Below, one piece after another: positions 8,958 to 20,076 of a stretch of DNA of 64,000 nucleotides. Origin of the DNA: Acidobacteriota bacterium (GTDB lineage Bacteria > Acidobacteriota > Terriglobia > Acidiferrales > 2-02-FULL-67-57). The stretch is taken from the NCBI GenBank assembly GCA_037442885.1, contig JBBIPK010000005.1, positions 6,315-70,314 of the forward strand, written 5' to 3'. The notes below the pieces were generated by a model. That model saw nothing but the letters and a program-made list of their open reading frames with translations, did no database searches and had not been told where the DNA came from. Position 1 is the stretch's first letter. Each line of letters begins with the position of its first letter. A program made the translations under genes and the position numbers.

Positions 8958-8985
8958 TTGACACCCGTCGCCACCGGTCTAGAAT
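8958..8985 (+). promoter_or_regulatory. candidate sigma-70 promoter (TTGACA-16 nt-TAGAAT) upstream of the FmdB-like gene
   Basis: TTGACA at 8958-8963 and TAGAAT at 8980-8985, about 33 nt upstream of the ATG at 9018. Confidence 0.35.
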
Positions 8986-9017
8986 TAGGGTTGGAAGTCT
9001 TGTGGGGAGGGTGCCGG

Positions 9018-9182
9018 ATGCCGCTCTACGAATACACTTGCCAGGACTGCAACAAGGAATTCAGCCGGGTGTTGACGCTCGCCGAGTATGAGCGGGGCGA
9101 GGTCGAGTGTCCCCAGTGCAAGAGCAAGAAAGTGGAGCAGAGACCCGCCACGTTCTTCGCCGTCACTTCCAAGAAAAGCTGA
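9018..9182 (+). CDS. FmdB-family zinc-ribbon protein (CxxC_CxxC_SSSS type)
   Basis: MPLYEYTCQDCNKEFSRVLTLAEYERGEVECPQCKSKKVEQ is the typical MPxYEYxCxxC...CPxC pattern. GGGGAGGG Shine-Dalgarno upstream. Confidence 0.85.
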   Translation: MPLYEYTCQDCNKEFSRVLTLAEYERGEVECPQCKSKKVEQRPATFFAVTSKKS

Positions 9183-9188
9183 AGCCGG

Positions 9189-10091
9189 TCAGCGGCCTCC
9201 CACCTGGCCGCGGAAGCGGGGGACGAATTCTTCCGCCACAAAGGTTTCGAACTGCGTGGGGGTGGAGTTGGCCGGCGAGCGGCTTTCCAGCGCCTGCACC
9301 CTGCCTTCGTTGAACGCTGCATACATTTCGTTGAGCGAGCGGGCGGCGCCGCGCGCCAGGCCCATCTGCAGCATCGCCTGTTCGACCTGCTCGTAGGGCA
9401 ACTGCGAATACTTCAGGTCGGCGCGTCCGATGGCGTTGCCGATGATGGTGGCGGCGTCGGTCAGGGTGAGGTCAGCGGAGCCGAGCAGCTCGCGGGTTTG
9501 GTGGCCGCGGAAGTCGAGGCGGAGAAGAGCCTCGGCGGCCCGGACGCCGATGTCGCGGGTGGCGATCATCGGGATGGGGAGATCGGCGCGCAGGGATCCG
9601 GCCAGCATCCCGAAGCGCTGAATGGTGCCAATCTGCCAGAAAAAGTTTTCGAAGAAGTAGCCCGCGCGCAGGTGCAGGACGTTCAGGCCCGGGACCTGAT
9701 TGAGCTGCTGTTCGAAATGATGCAGGCCGCTGATGGGGCCCGCGCCCTCCGGGAGTTGTGCCCCAACGCTGCTCAGGGCGACCACGTACTCGACGCCGGC
9801 CGCTTGCAGTGCCTTGGCGAGCGCTTCGCTGACCCGCTGCTGGTAGCCGCGAAAATCGTCCTGGGAATAGTTGGGCGGGATCAGGGCATAGACGCCGCGG
9901 GCGCCGGTGAAGGCACGTGTCATCGCGGGCGTGTCCAGCACGTCGCCAGCAAAGGCCTCCGCCCCTTTGCCGGTGAAGCGCTGGAGCTTCGCCTCGCTGC
10001 GTCCGACCACGCGCACCTTCTGGCCGGAGGCCGAGAGCTTTTGCGCCACCGCGCTGCCCGTGTTTCCCGTCGCGCCGATGATGACGAACAT
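9189..10091 (-). CDS. NmrA-like NAD(P)H-binding protein
   Basis: 300 aa. The N-terminal Rossmann motif MFVIIGATGNTGSAV and overall layout are typical of the NmrA/atypical SDR family. Confidence 0.8.
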   Translation of the reverse strand: MFVIIGATGNTGSAVAQKLSASGQKVRVVGRSEAKLQRFTGKGAEAFAGDVLDTPAMTRAFTGARGVYALIPPNYSQDDFRGYQQRVSEALAKALQAAGVEYVVALSSVGAQLPEGAGPISGLHHFEQQLNQVPGLNVLHLRAGYFFENFFWQIGTIQRFGMLAGSLRADLPIPMIATRDIGVRAAEALLRLDFRGHQTRELLGSADLTLTDAATIIGNAIGRADLKYSQLPYEQVEQAMLQMGLARGAARSLNEMYAAFNEGRVQALESRSPANSTPTQFETFVAEEFVPRFRGQVGGR

Positions 10092-10259
10092 GACTTCCTC
10101 CCTTGTGTGGCTGCTCGGTTAGATTCGCTCAGGCGGCCGCCGGTAACCTTCGATGCGCTGGCCCGCCAAGAGAAATAGCTTTGTCTCGCGCGGGTGCGCT
10201 TGTCCCTGCGCTGTCCCTGCTTAGCACGGTCTTGTCCACGCGATGAGAGTGGTGCCGAC

Positions 10260-11942
10260 TCAGCGCGAATTGTCCGGCGGCAGGGGAATTTTCACGCCTT
10301 TGCGGCGGGCAAAGGCAATGGCTTCAGGATAGCCGGCGTCGGCGTGGCGCGCAATACCGATGCCGGGGTCGTTGGTCAACACGCGCTCGATGCGCTTGGC
10401 CATCGCTGCCGTCCCGTCGGCCACGGTGACCTGACCGGCGTGCGTCGAGTAGCCGATGCCGACGCCGCCACCATTGTGGATGGAAACCCAGCTTGCCCCG
10501 GAGACGGCGTTGAGCAACGCATTGAGTAAGGGCCAGTCGGCGACGGCGTCCGTGCCATCGCGCATGCCTTCGGTCTCGCGGAAGGGGGAAGCAACCGACC
10601 CGGTGTCGAGGTGATCGCGGCCGATCACGATGGGTGCTTTGAGCTCACCGCGGGCGACCAGTTCGTTGATGCGCAGGCCGAACTCGGCCCGCTCGCCGTA
10701 GCCGAGCCAACAGATGCGCGCTGGCAGGCCTTGGAATCTCACTTTTTTCTGGGCCAACGGGATCCAACGCGACAGAACGCGATCCTGCGGGAACAGTTCG
10801 AGCACGAGCCGGTCGGTGCGATGAATGTCGCCCGGCTCGCCGGAGAGTGCCACCCAGCGGAACGGCCCGCGCCCTTCGCAGAACAGCGGGCGAATGTAGG
10901 CCTGGACGAAGCCGGGGAAGTTGTAGGCGTCCTTGACACCAGCTTCAAACGCCATGGTGCGGATGTTGTTGCCGTAATCGAACGTGACCGCACCCAGGCG
11001 TTGCAGTTCGAGCATGCCCGCGACGTGGCAGGCGATGGAATCCATCGCGCGCTGGCGGTATTCCTTCGGGTCGCACTGGCGCAGCCGGGCGGCCTCTTCT
11101 ACGTTGTAGCCCGCGGGAATGTAGCCGTTCAGCGGGTCATGGGCGCTGGTCTGATCAGTGAGGATGTCGGGCAGCACGCCGCGCTTGGCCAGTGCGGGGA
11201 TAACTTCGGCGCAGTTGCCGACCAGGCCGACAGAGATCGCGTCCTTCTTCCTGATCGCTTCCTTCAGGATGCGCAGGGCTTCGTCGAGATCGTTCACCAT
11301 AATGTCGCAATAACCCGTGCGCACGCGGCGCTTGATGCGCTCGGGATCCACTTCGACCCCAAGGAAGCACGCCCCGTTCATGGTGGCGGCCAGCGGCTGG
11401 GCACCACCCATCCCCCCCAGACCGCCCGAGACCAACAGCTTCCCCCGCAGGTCACCGCTGAAATGCCGCTCCGCTGCTGCCGCGAAGGTTTCGTAGGTGC
11501 CCTGTAAAATTCCCTGCGTGCCGATATAGATCCAACTACCGGCGGTCATTTGTCCGTACATCATCAGGCCCGCGCGCTCCAGTTGCCGGAAGTGGTCCCA
11601 GTTCGACCAGTGGCCGACGAGATTCGCGTTGGCAATGAGAACGCGCGGGGCCCATTCGTGGGTCTGGAAGATTCCGACCGGCTTGCCGGATTGAACCAGC
11701 AGCGTCTCGTCGTTGTCGAGCGTCTTGAGCGACTCGACGATGGCGTGGAAACACTCCCAGTTGCGCGCCGCCTTGCCGGTGCCTCCGTAGACGATGAGCT
11801 CCTCGGGACGCTCCCCCACCTCGGGGTCGAGGTTGTTCATCAGCATCCGCAGTGCGGCTTCTTGGTGCCAGCCCTTGCAGGAAAGCGTGGTACCGCGCGG
11901 GGCCTGCACGGCCTGCGGGCGAGTGGTCGGGGGGGCTGCCAT
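10260..11942 (-). CDS. hutU: urocanate hydratase
   Basis: ORF 10260-11957 (TTG). An ATG at 11942 is preferred. [48 protein letters not shown] is the urocanase signature. Confidence 0.93.
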   Translation of the reverse strand: MAAPPTTRPQAVQAPRGTTLSCKGWHQEAALRMLMNNLDPEVGERPEELIVYGGTGKAARNWECFHAIVESLKTLDNDETLLVQSGKPVGIFQTHEWAPRVLIANANLVGHWSNWDHFRQLERAGLMMYGQMTAGSWIYIGTQGILQGTYETFAAAAERHFSGDLRGKLLVSGGLGGMGGAQPLAATMNGACFLGVEVDPERIKRRVRTGYCDIMVNDLDEALRILKEAIRKKDAISVGLVGNCAEVIPALAKRGVLPDILTDQTSAHDPLNGYIPAGYNVEEAARLRQCDPKEYRQRAMDSIACHVAGMLELQRLGAVTFDYGNNIRTMAFEAGVKDAYNFPGFVQAYIRPLFCEGRGPFRWVALSGEPGDIHRTDRLVLELFPQDRVLSRWIPLAQKKVRFQGLPARICWLGYGERAEFGLRINELVARGELKAPIVIGRDHLDTGSVASPFRETEGMRDGTDAVADWPLLNALLNAVSGASWVSIHNGGGVGIGYSTHAGQVTVADGTAAMAKRIERVLTNDPGIGIARHADAGYPEAIAFARRKGVKIPLPPDNSR

Positions 11943-12019
11943 GGTACTTCTGATCAATGATAGCGCGGCCCACGCGAACTTGGAAGCTGGAAAGGGAATG
12001 AGGTAAAGTAGCTGACTAG

Positions 12020-13810
12020 ATGCCTCGTGCCACTCTGAATCAACTCCTCCTCGATAGCTTTCGCCAGTACAACCTTCCCGACTTGCTCTGGTGCAAAGCG
12101 GGCGGTAGCTGGCGAAAGATGTCCACGCAGGACTTTCTGCGCTCGGTGGTGGCTCTCAGCCACGCATTGCGAGAGTTCGGAATCGCGAAAGGTGACCGCG
12201 TGGCCATCTTCAGCGAGAACCGTCCGGAATGGCACATTAGCGACTTTGCCGTCCTCGGCCTCGGCGCAATCATCGTCCCCATCTATCAAACCGAATCGGT
12301 CGAACGAGCCAAGTTCTTGCTGGAAGATTCGGCGGCGCGCATTTGCTTCGTCTCTGGTGCAGCCCAATTCGACAAAGTGGCTGCGGTGTGGCCGGGGCTG
12401 CCCACGCTCGAAAAGGTGGTGGCATTTGCACCGGTCGGCGACGCGCGCGTCGTGGCGTGGCAGTCGGTAGCGGGTCGGAATGTCCACCCGCAGGAGATGG
12501 AGGATTTCGAGCGGGCGGCGCGAGCGGTTGGCCCCAACGACGTGGCCTCCCTCATCTATACTTCGGGTACGACGGGGGCGCCGAAAGGCGTCTTGCTGAC
12601 CCAACATAACTTCGCTTCGAACGTGCTCGCGGTGCAGGTGCTGGGTTTCAGTCGGCCGGACGTGGCGCTCTCCATGCTGCCGCTCTGTCACGTGTACGAG
12701 CGGATGAACGCCTACTGCTACCTCGTCTACGGCGTTCCTCTCGCCTATGCGGAGAGCATTGAAGCCGTGCCGCAGAACCTCCTCGAAGTGCGGCCCACCG
12801 TGATGGCGACCGTGCCACGCTTTTTTGAAAAGTTCTATGCCCGCATTCAAGAACAAAGAGCTAAGCATTCACCGCTGAAGAGGGAGCTGTTCGACTGGGC
12901 AGTCGAAGTCGGCCGGAAGACGTTGCCCTACCGGCTCCGCGGCCAACCCGTTCCGGGCGGCTTGGCCTGGCGCCAGCGTCTGGCCGCCTGGCTTGTCTAT
13001 CGCAAGATTCAAGCCCGACTCGGTGGCCGCATGCGCCTGCTCATCTCGGGGGGCGGGCCGCTCTCGCGGGAATTGAACGAATTCCTGCAGGCCTTGCACG
13101 TGCCTATCTACGAAGGCTACGGGCTGACGGAGACGTCGCCGGTGGTGGCCGTCAACGCGCCCGGGCGGTCGAAGATTGGCACCGTGGGCAAACCCATCCC
13201 GGGCGTCGAAGTGCGCATCGCCGAGGACGGAGAGATTCTCACGCGCGGGCCACACGTCATGAAGGCCTACTACAAGCGCGAGCAGGAAACGCGCGCGGCT
13301 ATGGCCAACGGCTGGTTCCACACGGGTGACATCGGGTTCCTCGATGAGGAGGGCTACCTTGTCATCACCGACCGCAAGCGCGACGTCCTCAAAACCTCGG
13401 GTGGAAAAATGATTGCGCCGCAAGCCATTGAGAACCGCCTGAAGGCCAGCCCCTACATCCAGAATGCTGTTGTTGTCGGCGATGGCCGCAAGTACGCTTC
13501 GGCGCTCGTGGTGCCCAATTTCGCCACCCTCGAGCAGTTCGCGCACGACCAGGGGATCAACCCGGACAGCCGCGAAGCCTTGATTGCCCATCCCGCAGTC
13601 AAGAAACTCTTCGAGGAGGAAGTGGGCAAGGTGAATACCCACTTGGCGCAATTCGAGCGCATCAAGCGCTTCGCCGTTCTCTCGCGCGACTTCAGCTTCT
13701 CCGATGGAGAACTGACCTACACCGAGAAGGTGCGCCGCCGCCAGATCGAGGAGAAATATCGCGTCCTCATCGATTCCCTCTACCCGGACGAGCCCCGCTC
13801 AACCGCCTGA
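12020..13810 (+). CDS. long-chain fatty acid--CoA ligase (AMP-dependent synthetase)
   Basis: 596 aa. AMP-binding motif [16 protein letters not shown], plus GYGLTETSP and TGDIG...[13 protein letters not shown] motifs. Confidence 0.9.
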   Translation: MPRATLNQLLLDSFRQYNLPDLLWCKAGGSWRKMSTQDFLRSVVALSHALREFGIAKGDRVAIFSENRPEWHISDFAVLGLGAIIVPIYQTESVERAKFLLEDSAARICFVSGAAQFDKVAAVWPGLPTLEKVVAFAPVGDARVVAWQSVAGRNVHPQEMEDFERAARAVGPNDVASLIYTSGTTGAPKGVLLTQHNFASNVLAVQVLGFSRPDVALSMLPLCHVYERMNAYCYLVYGVPLAYAESIEAVPQNLLEVRPTVMATVPRFFEKFYARIQEQRAKHSPLKRELFDWAVEVGRKTLPYRLRGQPVPGGLAWRQRLAAWLVYRKIQARLGGRMRLLISGGGPLSRELNEFLQALHVPIYEGYGLTETSPVVAVNAPGRSKIGTVGKPIPGVEVRIAEDGEILTRGPHVMKAYYKREQETRAAMANGWFHTGDIGFLDEEGYLVITDRKRDVLKTSGGKMIAPQAIENRLKASPYIQNAVVVGDGRKYASALVVPNFATLEQFAHDQGINPDSREALIAHPAVKKLFEEEVGKVNTHLAQFERIKRFAVLSRDFSFSDGELTYTEKVRRRQIEEKYRVLIDSLYPDEPRSTA

Positions 13811-13864
13811 GTTGCGCTGATTACCCTCCCAGCGTAGAATGAAATCGAAAGGAAGGAAGCGCAG

Positions 13865-14641
13865 GTGGATGACACTTTTGTTGTTGCCGGTCGGCAGTTC
13901 CGCTCCCGGCTAATCATCGGCACGGGCAAGTATCGTTCCTTGCCGGAAATGGCCCGCGCCCACGTTGCCTCCGGCGCCGAGATGGTCACCGTCGCCGTGC
14001 GCCGCGTCAATCTGACCGACCGGACGAAAGAATCCTTGCTCGATTATGTTGACCGCGAAAAGTTCTTCATCCTGCCCAACACCGCCGGCTGCTACACCGC
14101 CGAGGAAGCGGTCCGTACGGCTCGCCTGGCGCGCGAAGTCGGCCTGTCCAACTGGGTCAAGCTGGAAGTAATCGGGGACGAGCACACGCTCTTCCCAGAC
14201 ACCGAGCAGCTCCTTCAGGCCACGCGCATGCTGGTCAAGGAAGGCTTCGTCGTCTTGCCCTATACGAACGACGACCTCATCGTCGCTCGCAAGCTGATTG
14301 ATGCCGGGGCGGCCGCCGTGATGCCCCTGGCCGCCCCCATCGGCTCCGGCCTCGGCGTGCAAAATGAAGCCAACCTGCGCATCCTGCGCGAAAAAATTAC
14401 GGAGGTGCCCTTGATCGTGGATGCCGGCGTGGGGACGGCCTCGGACGCCGTGATTGCCATGGAACTGGGCGCGGACGGCGTGCTGATGAACACCGCCGTT
14501 GCGCAGGCGCAGGATCCCGTGCTGATGGCGGAGGCAATGCGGCACGCCATCGAAGCCGGCCGCAAGGCCTTCCTGGCCGGGCGCATCCCCAAGCGCCTCT
14601 ATGCCAGTGCCTCCAGCCCCCTGGAGGGCGTCCTCCGCTGA
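13865..14641 (+). CDS. thiG: thiazole synthase
   Basis: 258 aa (GTG start). [19 protein letters not shown]...[11 protein letters not shown] and the [11 protein letters not shown] motif are typical ThiG. Confidence 0.93.
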   Translation: MDDTFVVAGRQFRSRLIIGTGKYRSLPEMARAHVASGAEMVTVAVRRVNLTDRTKESLLDYVDREKFFILPNTAGCYTAEEAVRTARLAREVGLSNWVKLEVIGDEHTLFPDTEQLLQATRMLVKEGFVVLPYTNDDLIVARKLIDAGAAAVMPLAAPIGSGLGVQNEANLRILREKITEVPLIVDAGVGTASDAVIAMELGADGVLMNTAVAQAQDPVLMAEAMRHAIEAGRKAFLAGRIPKRLYASASSPLEGVLR

Positions 14642-14658
14642 CCGCCTTCCGATAACTC

Positions 14659-15012
14659 CTACCGCTTCTTTTTCGGTGGACTCTCCTGCGGCGGGGTTGC
14701 ACTTCCTTCCTGAGGCAGGCTGTAGACTTTCTCGCCCGGGCGCGCCATCTTCAGTTCTTCCCGTGCCACGCGCTCAACCGCGCGCGGATCGTTCTTCAGC
14801 GCTTTGATCTCCTCCTCCAGGCGCTGGTTCTCTTCCTGCAAAGCTTGCAATTCCTGCTGCAGGCGTTCGTATTCTTGCTGGTGCCGCCGGACCGCCAGGT
14901 AGCCGTGCTCGCCGAAGAGAGTGTGGACGACCAGGGCCAGCAGCCCCAGGCCGAGAATCGTGAGGAAGAATCGTTGCCACGGCGAACTGTGCGGATTGCG
15001 CCGGGGTCTCAT
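14659..15012 (-). CDS. ftsB: septum formation initiator (FtsB/DivIC family)
   Basis: Internal ATG at 15012 of ORF 14659-15324, in ATGA overlap with the upstream gene's stop. One TM (FFLTILGLGLLALVV), then a coiled coil QQELQALQEENQRLEEEIKALKNDPRAVERVAREEL. Confidence 0.8.
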   Translation of the reverse strand: MRPRRNPHSSPWQRFFLTILGLGLLALVVHTLFGEHGYLAVRRHQQEYERLQQELQALQEENQRLEEEIKALKNDPRAVERVAREELKMARPGEKVYSLPQEGSATPPQESPPKKKR

Positions 15013-16424
15013 CCGAGGATGAACCGCTCCGTTGCCTTGACCAGGGTTTCGAGTTCGCGCTGCGAGTGGGCTTCGCAGTAGCAGCGCACCACGGGCTCTG
15101 TTCCCGACGGCCGCAGCAGCACCCACGAGCCATCTTCCAGGATCAGCTTGAGCCCATCCAGACGCTTGATCTCGACGACCTTCTTCCCATCGAATCGTTC
15201 CGGCTCCGTCCGGAGCTGTTTTTGGAAACGTTCCCGGGTGGCGGAGTCCAGGCGCAGGTTGAGCCGGACGGGATAGTAGGGACCGACCGTGGCGAAGAGT
15301 TTCTCGAGTTGTTCGCGCAGGCAAGCCCCGCGGCTGGCCATCATCTCGGCCACCAGCAGGCAGGCCAGGATTCCGTCTTTCTCCGGCACATGCCCGTGGA
15401 TGCTCAACCCCGCGCTTTCTTCCCCTCCAATGATGATCTTGTCCGCCTGGATGAGTTCGCTGATGTACTTGAACCCGACCGGAGTTTCGTGCACGACCAG
15501 ATTCCGGTGCCGCGCCACGGCGTCGATCAGGTGAGTCGTGGCCACGCTGCGCGCCACGCCGACGCGCCCTCCGCGCGTCTCCGCCAGGTAGTCGAGCAGG
15601 AGGCCCAGGATGTGGTTCGGCGAAACAAATGTCCCATCCCCGTCCAAAATCCCGAACCGGTCGGCGTCTCCGTCTGTGGCCAGCACCACCTGGGCGTTGT
15701 TCTCGCGCAGGGCACGCTTCGCTTCCGCCAGGTTCTCTTCGTCCGGCTCCGGGGCATGCCCGCCGAAAAGGACGTCCCGATAATCATGGAGCGTGGTGAC
15801 GCTGATTCCATGCTCGCGCAAGAGCCGATCCAGGTATCCGCGTCCTGTTCCGTAGAGGGGATCAAAAACCACCTTCAGGCCGGCGCGGCGGATTTCCTCC
15901 AGCCGCACTTTTTGACTGAGCATCTCCAGGTAGGGAGCGCGCGGATCGATACTGTGCGTCGTTCCGCGAGCCTTTGACTTAGGCAGCCCCTTCCGCGTGC
16001 GCCCCGGTTGCCGCGCAAGAGATTCAATCCGCCGTGTCACCTCCGGCAGGGCAGGGGCGCCATCCGCGGTCGAGAATTTCAGCCCGTTGTACTCGGCAGG
16101 ATTGTGGCTAGCCGTGAAATTGATGCCTCCGTCGGTTCCACGCCGGCGGATTTCATAGGAAATCGTGGGTGTCGGCGTTGCTTCTTCACACAGATAGCTC
16201 GTGATCCCGTACTCGGAGAGGACGGACACGGACCTGCAGGCGAACTCTTCGGAGAGGAAACGCGTGTCGTAACCGACCACCAGCGCAGGGGTCTTCCGGT
16301 CTTGCTGCCTCACATGGCGGGCGATAGCCGCTACCGCCAACTCGACGTTCGCGAAGGTAAAGTCTTCCCCGATGATCCCGCGCCAACCGGAAGTGCCGAA
16401 GTGAATCGGAGGCTTGTCGGCCAT
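15009..16424 (-). CDS. phosphoglucomutase/phosphomannomutase family protein
   Basis: Start at MADKPPIHFGTSGWRG. Active-site serine loop FTASHNPAEYNGLKF and metal loop ATDGDADRFG. Confidence 0.9.
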   Translation of the reverse strand: MADKPPIHFGTSGWRGIIGEDFTFANVELAVAAIARHVRQQDRKTPALVVGYDTRFLSEEFACRSVSVLSEYGITSYLCEEATPTPTISYEIRRRGTDGGINFTASHNPAEYNGLKFSTADGAPALPEVTRRIESLARQPGRTRKGLPKSKARGTTHSIDPRAPYLEMLSQKVRLEEIRRAGLKVVFDPLYGTGRGYLDRLLREHGISVTTLHDYRDVLFGGHAPEPDEENLAEAKRALRENNAQVVLATDGDADRFGILDGDGTFVSPNHILGLLLDYLAETRGGRVGVARSVATTHLIDAVARHRNLVVHETPVGFKYISELIQADKIIIGGEESAGLSIHGHVPEKDGILACLLVAEMMASRGACLREQLEKLFATVGPYYPVRLNLRLDSATRERFQKQLRTEPERFDGKKVVEIKRLDGLKLILEDGSWVLLRPSGTEPVVRCYCEAHSQRELETLVKATERFILG

Positions 16425-16486
16425 TGGAGCGTATTGTATCGTGTAGGCCGCGACGCGGCAACGCGCCCGGCGGGAACGAGGACGCA

Positions 16487-16864
16487 ATGACGGACAAAGT
16501 GGTGGTTCTGGTTACCTGCTCCAACGCGGACGAAGCCTCGCGTCTCGCCCACGAGCTCGTGCGCAAGCGCTTGGCGGCGTGCGTGAATATCTCCACTCCC
16601 GTGCGCTCCATCTATCGCTGGCAAGGCAAGGTGGAAGACGACCACGAAATCCTCTTGGTCATCAAGACGGCCCGCCCGTTGTTTGATCGTGTCCGCCGAA
16701 CGGTGGAAAGACTCCACAGCTACCAGGTGCCGGAAGTTGTCTGCCTGCCGATTATCGACGGCGCGCCCAACTACTTGAACTGGCTCTCCGCTGCGGTTTC
16801 GGCCCCGACGACGGAGGAGCGGCCGAAACCGCGCCCGCGAGGGACAAAACCGGCCGGCCGATGA
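16487..16864 (+). CDS. cutA: divalent-cation tolerance protein CutA
   Basis: MTDKVVVLVTCSNADEASRLAHELVRKRLAACVNI...SIYRWQGKVEDDHEILLVIKT is CutA1-like. Confidence 0.88.
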   Translation: MTDKVVVLVTCSNADEASRLAHELVRKRLAACVNISTPVRSIYRWQGKVEDDHEILLVIKTARPLFDRVRRTVERLHSYQVPEVVCLPIIDGAPNYLNWLSAAVSAPTTEERPKPRPRGTKPAGR

Positions 16865-17823
16865 CGCAACCCGCGGACAATTCGACAGCTCAGCCGGCCG
16901 TTGCCCCGGCTCCGGCCGAGTTGGCCGGCCTCGAAGTGCTGCGCACGCCAAGTTTTGTCTGGTATCACCTGGAAGACCCCTCCTCGCCGCTCCTGGATTA
17001 TCTGGCTCAGGCCCATCAATTCCACGAATTGGAGGTGGAGGACTGCCGCCATCGCGGCCAGCGGGCCAAACTCGACGAGTACGAGAACCACGTTTTCGTC
17101 GTGGCCACGACACTCCATTTTGTGCCCGAAACCTGTGGCGTGTGGTTCGGCGAGTTGCACATCTTCATCGGTGCCGATTTCCTGCTCACCGTGCATGTGG
17201 GCCCGACGCGCTCGGTGAGCGAGGTTCTGCCCCGCGTCAAGGTCAATCCGAAGCTGCAGCGTCCCGACAAGATCGTTCACGCGCTGCTCGACAACATCAT
17301 TGACCGCTATCCGCCCGTCCTCGACACGATTGGTGAGCGCATTGACGAGCTCGAAGACGAAGTCTGGGCCGGTCCCGCACCCAAGAGCCTCAGCGACATT
17401 TTTGCGCTCAAGCGCAGCCTCATCGAGTTTCGCCGGACCCTGGCGACGATGCGGGAAATGGTGAACGCTTACTTACGCTTGCGGCCGCCTTTCCTGCGCG
17501 CCGACATGACCGCCTACTGGCGCGACCTCTATGACCACATTGTCCGCGCCCTCGACCTGACCGAAACCTTCCGCGACTTGCTCACTGGCGTGCTCGAAGT
17601 CCACCTTTCGGCTATCGCCAACCGCACCAACGAAATCATGAAGGCGCTTACCATCTTCGCCACTATCGTCCTGCCGCTCTATCTGATTTCGGGCTACTTC
17701 GGAATGAACTTCCCCAACCTGCCGCTGCTGCATCACCCGAGCGGCGTCCTCATCGTCAACCTCAGCATGCTGGCGCTGACGGTCGGTCTTTTGTTTTATT
17801 TCCGCTGGCGGCGCTGGCTCTGA
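16861..17823 (+). CDS. corA: magnesium/cobalt transporter CorA
   Basis: 320 aa. C-terminal two TM segments with the YFGMNF (GMN) motif. ATGA overlap with cutA. Confidence 0.9.
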   Translation: MTQPADNSTAQPAVAPAPAELAGLEVLRTPSFVWYHLEDPSSPLLDYLAQAHQFHELEVEDCRHRGQRAKLDEYENHVFVVATTLHFVPETCGVWFGELHIFIGADFLLTVHVGPTRSVSEVLPRVKVNPKLQRPDKIVHALLDNIIDRYPPVLDTIGERIDELEDEVWAGPAPKSLSDIFALKRSLIEFRRTLATMREMVNAYLRLRPPFLRADMTAYWRDLYDHIVRALDLTETFRDLLTGVLEVHLSAIANRTNEIMKALTIFATIVLPLYLISGYFGMNFPNLPLLHHPSGVLIVNLSMLALTVGLLFYFRWRRWL

Positions 17824-17860
17824 ACCATCGCGGCGGGGTTTTCTCTGATCGGAGCAAGCC

Positions 17861-19000
17861 CTAGATTCTTTTCAATGCCTGGTCGAGGTCAGCGATCAGG
17901 TCTTCCACATTCTCGATGCCGACAGAAATCCGCACCAGGCCCTCGGTGATGCCGATCTTTTCACGCTCCGCGGCCGGGACGGAGGCGTGAGTCATGCTCG
18001 CTGGATGTGAAATTAGAGTTTCCACTCCTCCCAGACTCTCTCCCAACGAGCACACCCGAACGTGGTTGAGCATCCGCTCGGCTGCTGGGCGGGTGCCCAA
18101 GTCAAAGCTGAGCATCGCACCAAAGCCGCGCATCTGTCGCCCTGCCAGCGCGTGCTGGGGATGAGTCGGCAGGCCGGGGTAGTGAACTCGTTTCACCTTC
18201 GGGTGCTGGGAGAGGTAGTCCGCAACCGCCATCCCGTTCTGGTTGTGCTGCTCCATCCGCACCGCCAACGTCTTCACGCCCCGCAAAACGAGCCAGGAGT
18301 CGAACGGCGAGAGCACCGCTCCGCCCGATTTCTGAATGAAGTAAATCTGTTCGCCGATCTCTGCCTTGTTCGTGATAGCCACCCCACCCAACGAATCGCT
18401 GTGACCGTTGAGAAACTTGGTGGTCGAGTGGACGACGATGTCGGCGCCGAACTCAAGAGGCCGCTGGAAGTAGGGGCTCATGAAGGTATTGTCCACGACG
18501 AGAATCAAGTTGTGGGCGCGGGCAAGCTGCGCCATCGCCGCCAAATCGGTCACCGCCATCGTCGGGTTCGTAGGGGTCTCGATATAAAGCATCCGGGTTG
18601 ATTTCTGAATCGCGCGTTGGACCGTCTCTACGGAGGTGGTGTCTACGAAGCTGAAGTTGAGGCTGAACTTGGTCAGAATGCGCGTGAACAGCCGGTACAC
18701 GCCGCCGTAGACGGCGTGGGAACAGATCACATGGTCGCCGGCTTTGAGCAGCGTCAGGACAGCATTGATGGCCGCCATTCCGGAAGCGAAGGCATAGGCA
18801 TGTGAGCCGCCTTCCAGGCAGGCGAGGTTCCGCTCCAAAGCCGACCGCGTAGGATTCTGCGAGCGCGCATATTCGTAGCCCTTGTGCTTCCCCATCTCTT
18901 CCTGCACGTAGGTGGACGTCTGATAGATAGGCACGATGATGGCGCCGGTGGTTGGGTCGGGTTCTTGCCCCACATGAATGGCATCGGTGGCAAATCCCAT
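17861..19000 (-). CDS. Cys/Met-metabolism PLP-dependent enzyme (cystathionine gamma-synthase/lyase family)
   Basis: 379 aa. [24 protein letters not shown] and the PLP-lysine context HSTTKFLNGHSD. Confidence 0.9.
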   Translation of the reverse strand: MGFATDAIHVGQEPDPTTGAIIVPIYQTSTYVQEEMGKHKGYEYARSQNPTRSALERNLACLEGGSHAYAFASGMAAINAVLTLLKAGDHVICSHAVYGGVYRLFTRILTKFSLNFSFVDTTSVETVQRAIQKSTRMLYIETPTNPTMAVTDLAAMAQLARAHNLILVVDNTFMSPYFQRPLEFGADIVVHSTTKFLNGHSDSLGGVAITNKAEIGEQIYFIQKSGGAVLSPFDSWLVLRGVKTLAVRMEQHNQNGMAVADYLSQHPKVKRVHYPGLPTHPQHALAGRQMRGFGAMLSFDLGTRPAAERMLNHVRVCSLGESLGGVETLISHPASMTHASVPAAEREKIGITEGLVRISVGIENVEDLIADLDQALKRI

Positions 19001-19148
19001 GGTCAGCTCCTCTTGAACGCTGGGTTGATTCGGCTTGCTCGCCCGCTCTAGAATCTGGCGTGTAGGCTAGCACGGCGGCGGAAAGCTTCCAAGTGATTGG
19101 ATGCGTGGGCACGCGGCGCGTCGCGGCTGGTCAGCAGTAGGCACGAAG

Positions 19149-20072
19149 ATGATTCCTCACGGCAAAATCGGTCTTCTCCTCCTCTCCTTGCTCGCTGCTG
19201 TCATCTGGTTCGCGCTGCCCGCAGAAGCGCAGAAGAACAGCGATATTGAGAATATCGGTAGGCGCGATATCAATAAGGGCTCATGGAATATCTATTCCTG
19301 GGAACGGGAAATCGCCCTGGGACAGCAGCTGGCGCGCGAACTGGAGACGACGAGCGCGATCTTGGCTGACCGCGAAGTACATGAATATCTCTACGATCTG
19401 ACACAGCTGCTGGTGCGCAACTCCGATGCCCAAGTCCCCTTTACGGTTCGCATCATTGACTCTGAAGAAGTCAATGCCATCGCTCTTCCCGGGGGCTATC
19501 TGTACGTAAACACCGGACTGATCCTCGCGGCCCGGAGCGAGGCGGAGTTGGCCGGCATTCTGGCCCACGAGATTGCCCACGTCGCTGCGCGCCACTCGGT
19601 CGAGCAGGCGACGAAAGCCAGCCTCTTCAATTGGCTGAGCCTCCCGCTCCTCTTCGTAGGTGGCTCGGTCGCCTACGCCGCCCATCAGGTGATGAGCATC
19701 GCCGTGCCGCTCACCTTCCTCAAGTTCAGCCGCAACGCCGAGCGCGAAGCCGACTTCTTGGGTCTGCAGTATAGCTTCAAGGCCGGCTACGATCCGGTGG
19801 CGATGATTGATCTTTTGGAGCGGCTCAAGACTGATGAGGCCACAAACGTTCCCGGAATTTTCTCAACCCACCCGATGACCGCCGACCGCATCAAACGGAC
19901 AGAGAAAGCGATCGGGAGTATTCTGCCGCCGCGGCCGGAGCATGTGGTGACGACTTCGCGGTTCGGACGCATCCAGCAGCGCTTGCTCGAGCTGCGTGCC
20001 GCCGATGCTCTCTATGCGCTCCCGGGCAGCCGCACTCCGGTGCTGCGCCGACGTACGGAGCGGGAGGAATAA
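19149..20072 (+). CDS. M48-family zinc metalloprotease, exported
   Basis: ORF from 19101, with an alternative ATG at 19149. Signal peptide IGLLLLSLLAAVIWFALPAEA and an HEIAHVAARH (HExxH) motif. Either start is possible. Confidence 0.85.
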   Translation: MIPHGKIGLLLLSLLAAVIWFALPAEAQKNSDIENIGRRDINKGSWNIYSWEREIALGQQLARELETTSAILADREVHEYLYDLTQLLVRNSDAQVPFTVRIIDSEEVNAIALPGGYLYVNTGLILAARSEAELAGILAHEIAHVAARHSVEQATKASLFNWLSLPLLFVGGSVAYAAHQVMSIAVPLTFLKFSRNAEREADFLGLQYSFKAGYDPVAMIDLLERLKTDEATNVPGIFSTHPMTADRIKRTEKAIGSILPPRPEHVVTTSRFGRIQQRLLELRAADALYALPGSRTPVLRRRTEREE

Positions 20073-20076
20073 AGCC

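Noticed and set aside
8596-8964. 123-codon upstream extension of the hutI ORF
   Set aside because: The extension is Pro/Ser/Cys/Gly-rich and has no similarity to imidazolonepropionase, which normally starts just before the LLIxxAxQLxT segment. The analogous extensions of gcvT (2333-2470) and maeB (46053-46199) are rejected for the same reason.
13811-13864. TPP riboswitch upstream of thiG
   Set aside because: Only 54 nt separate thiG from the preceding stop codon, too short for a THI element. No CUGAGA/ACCUGA cores are seen.
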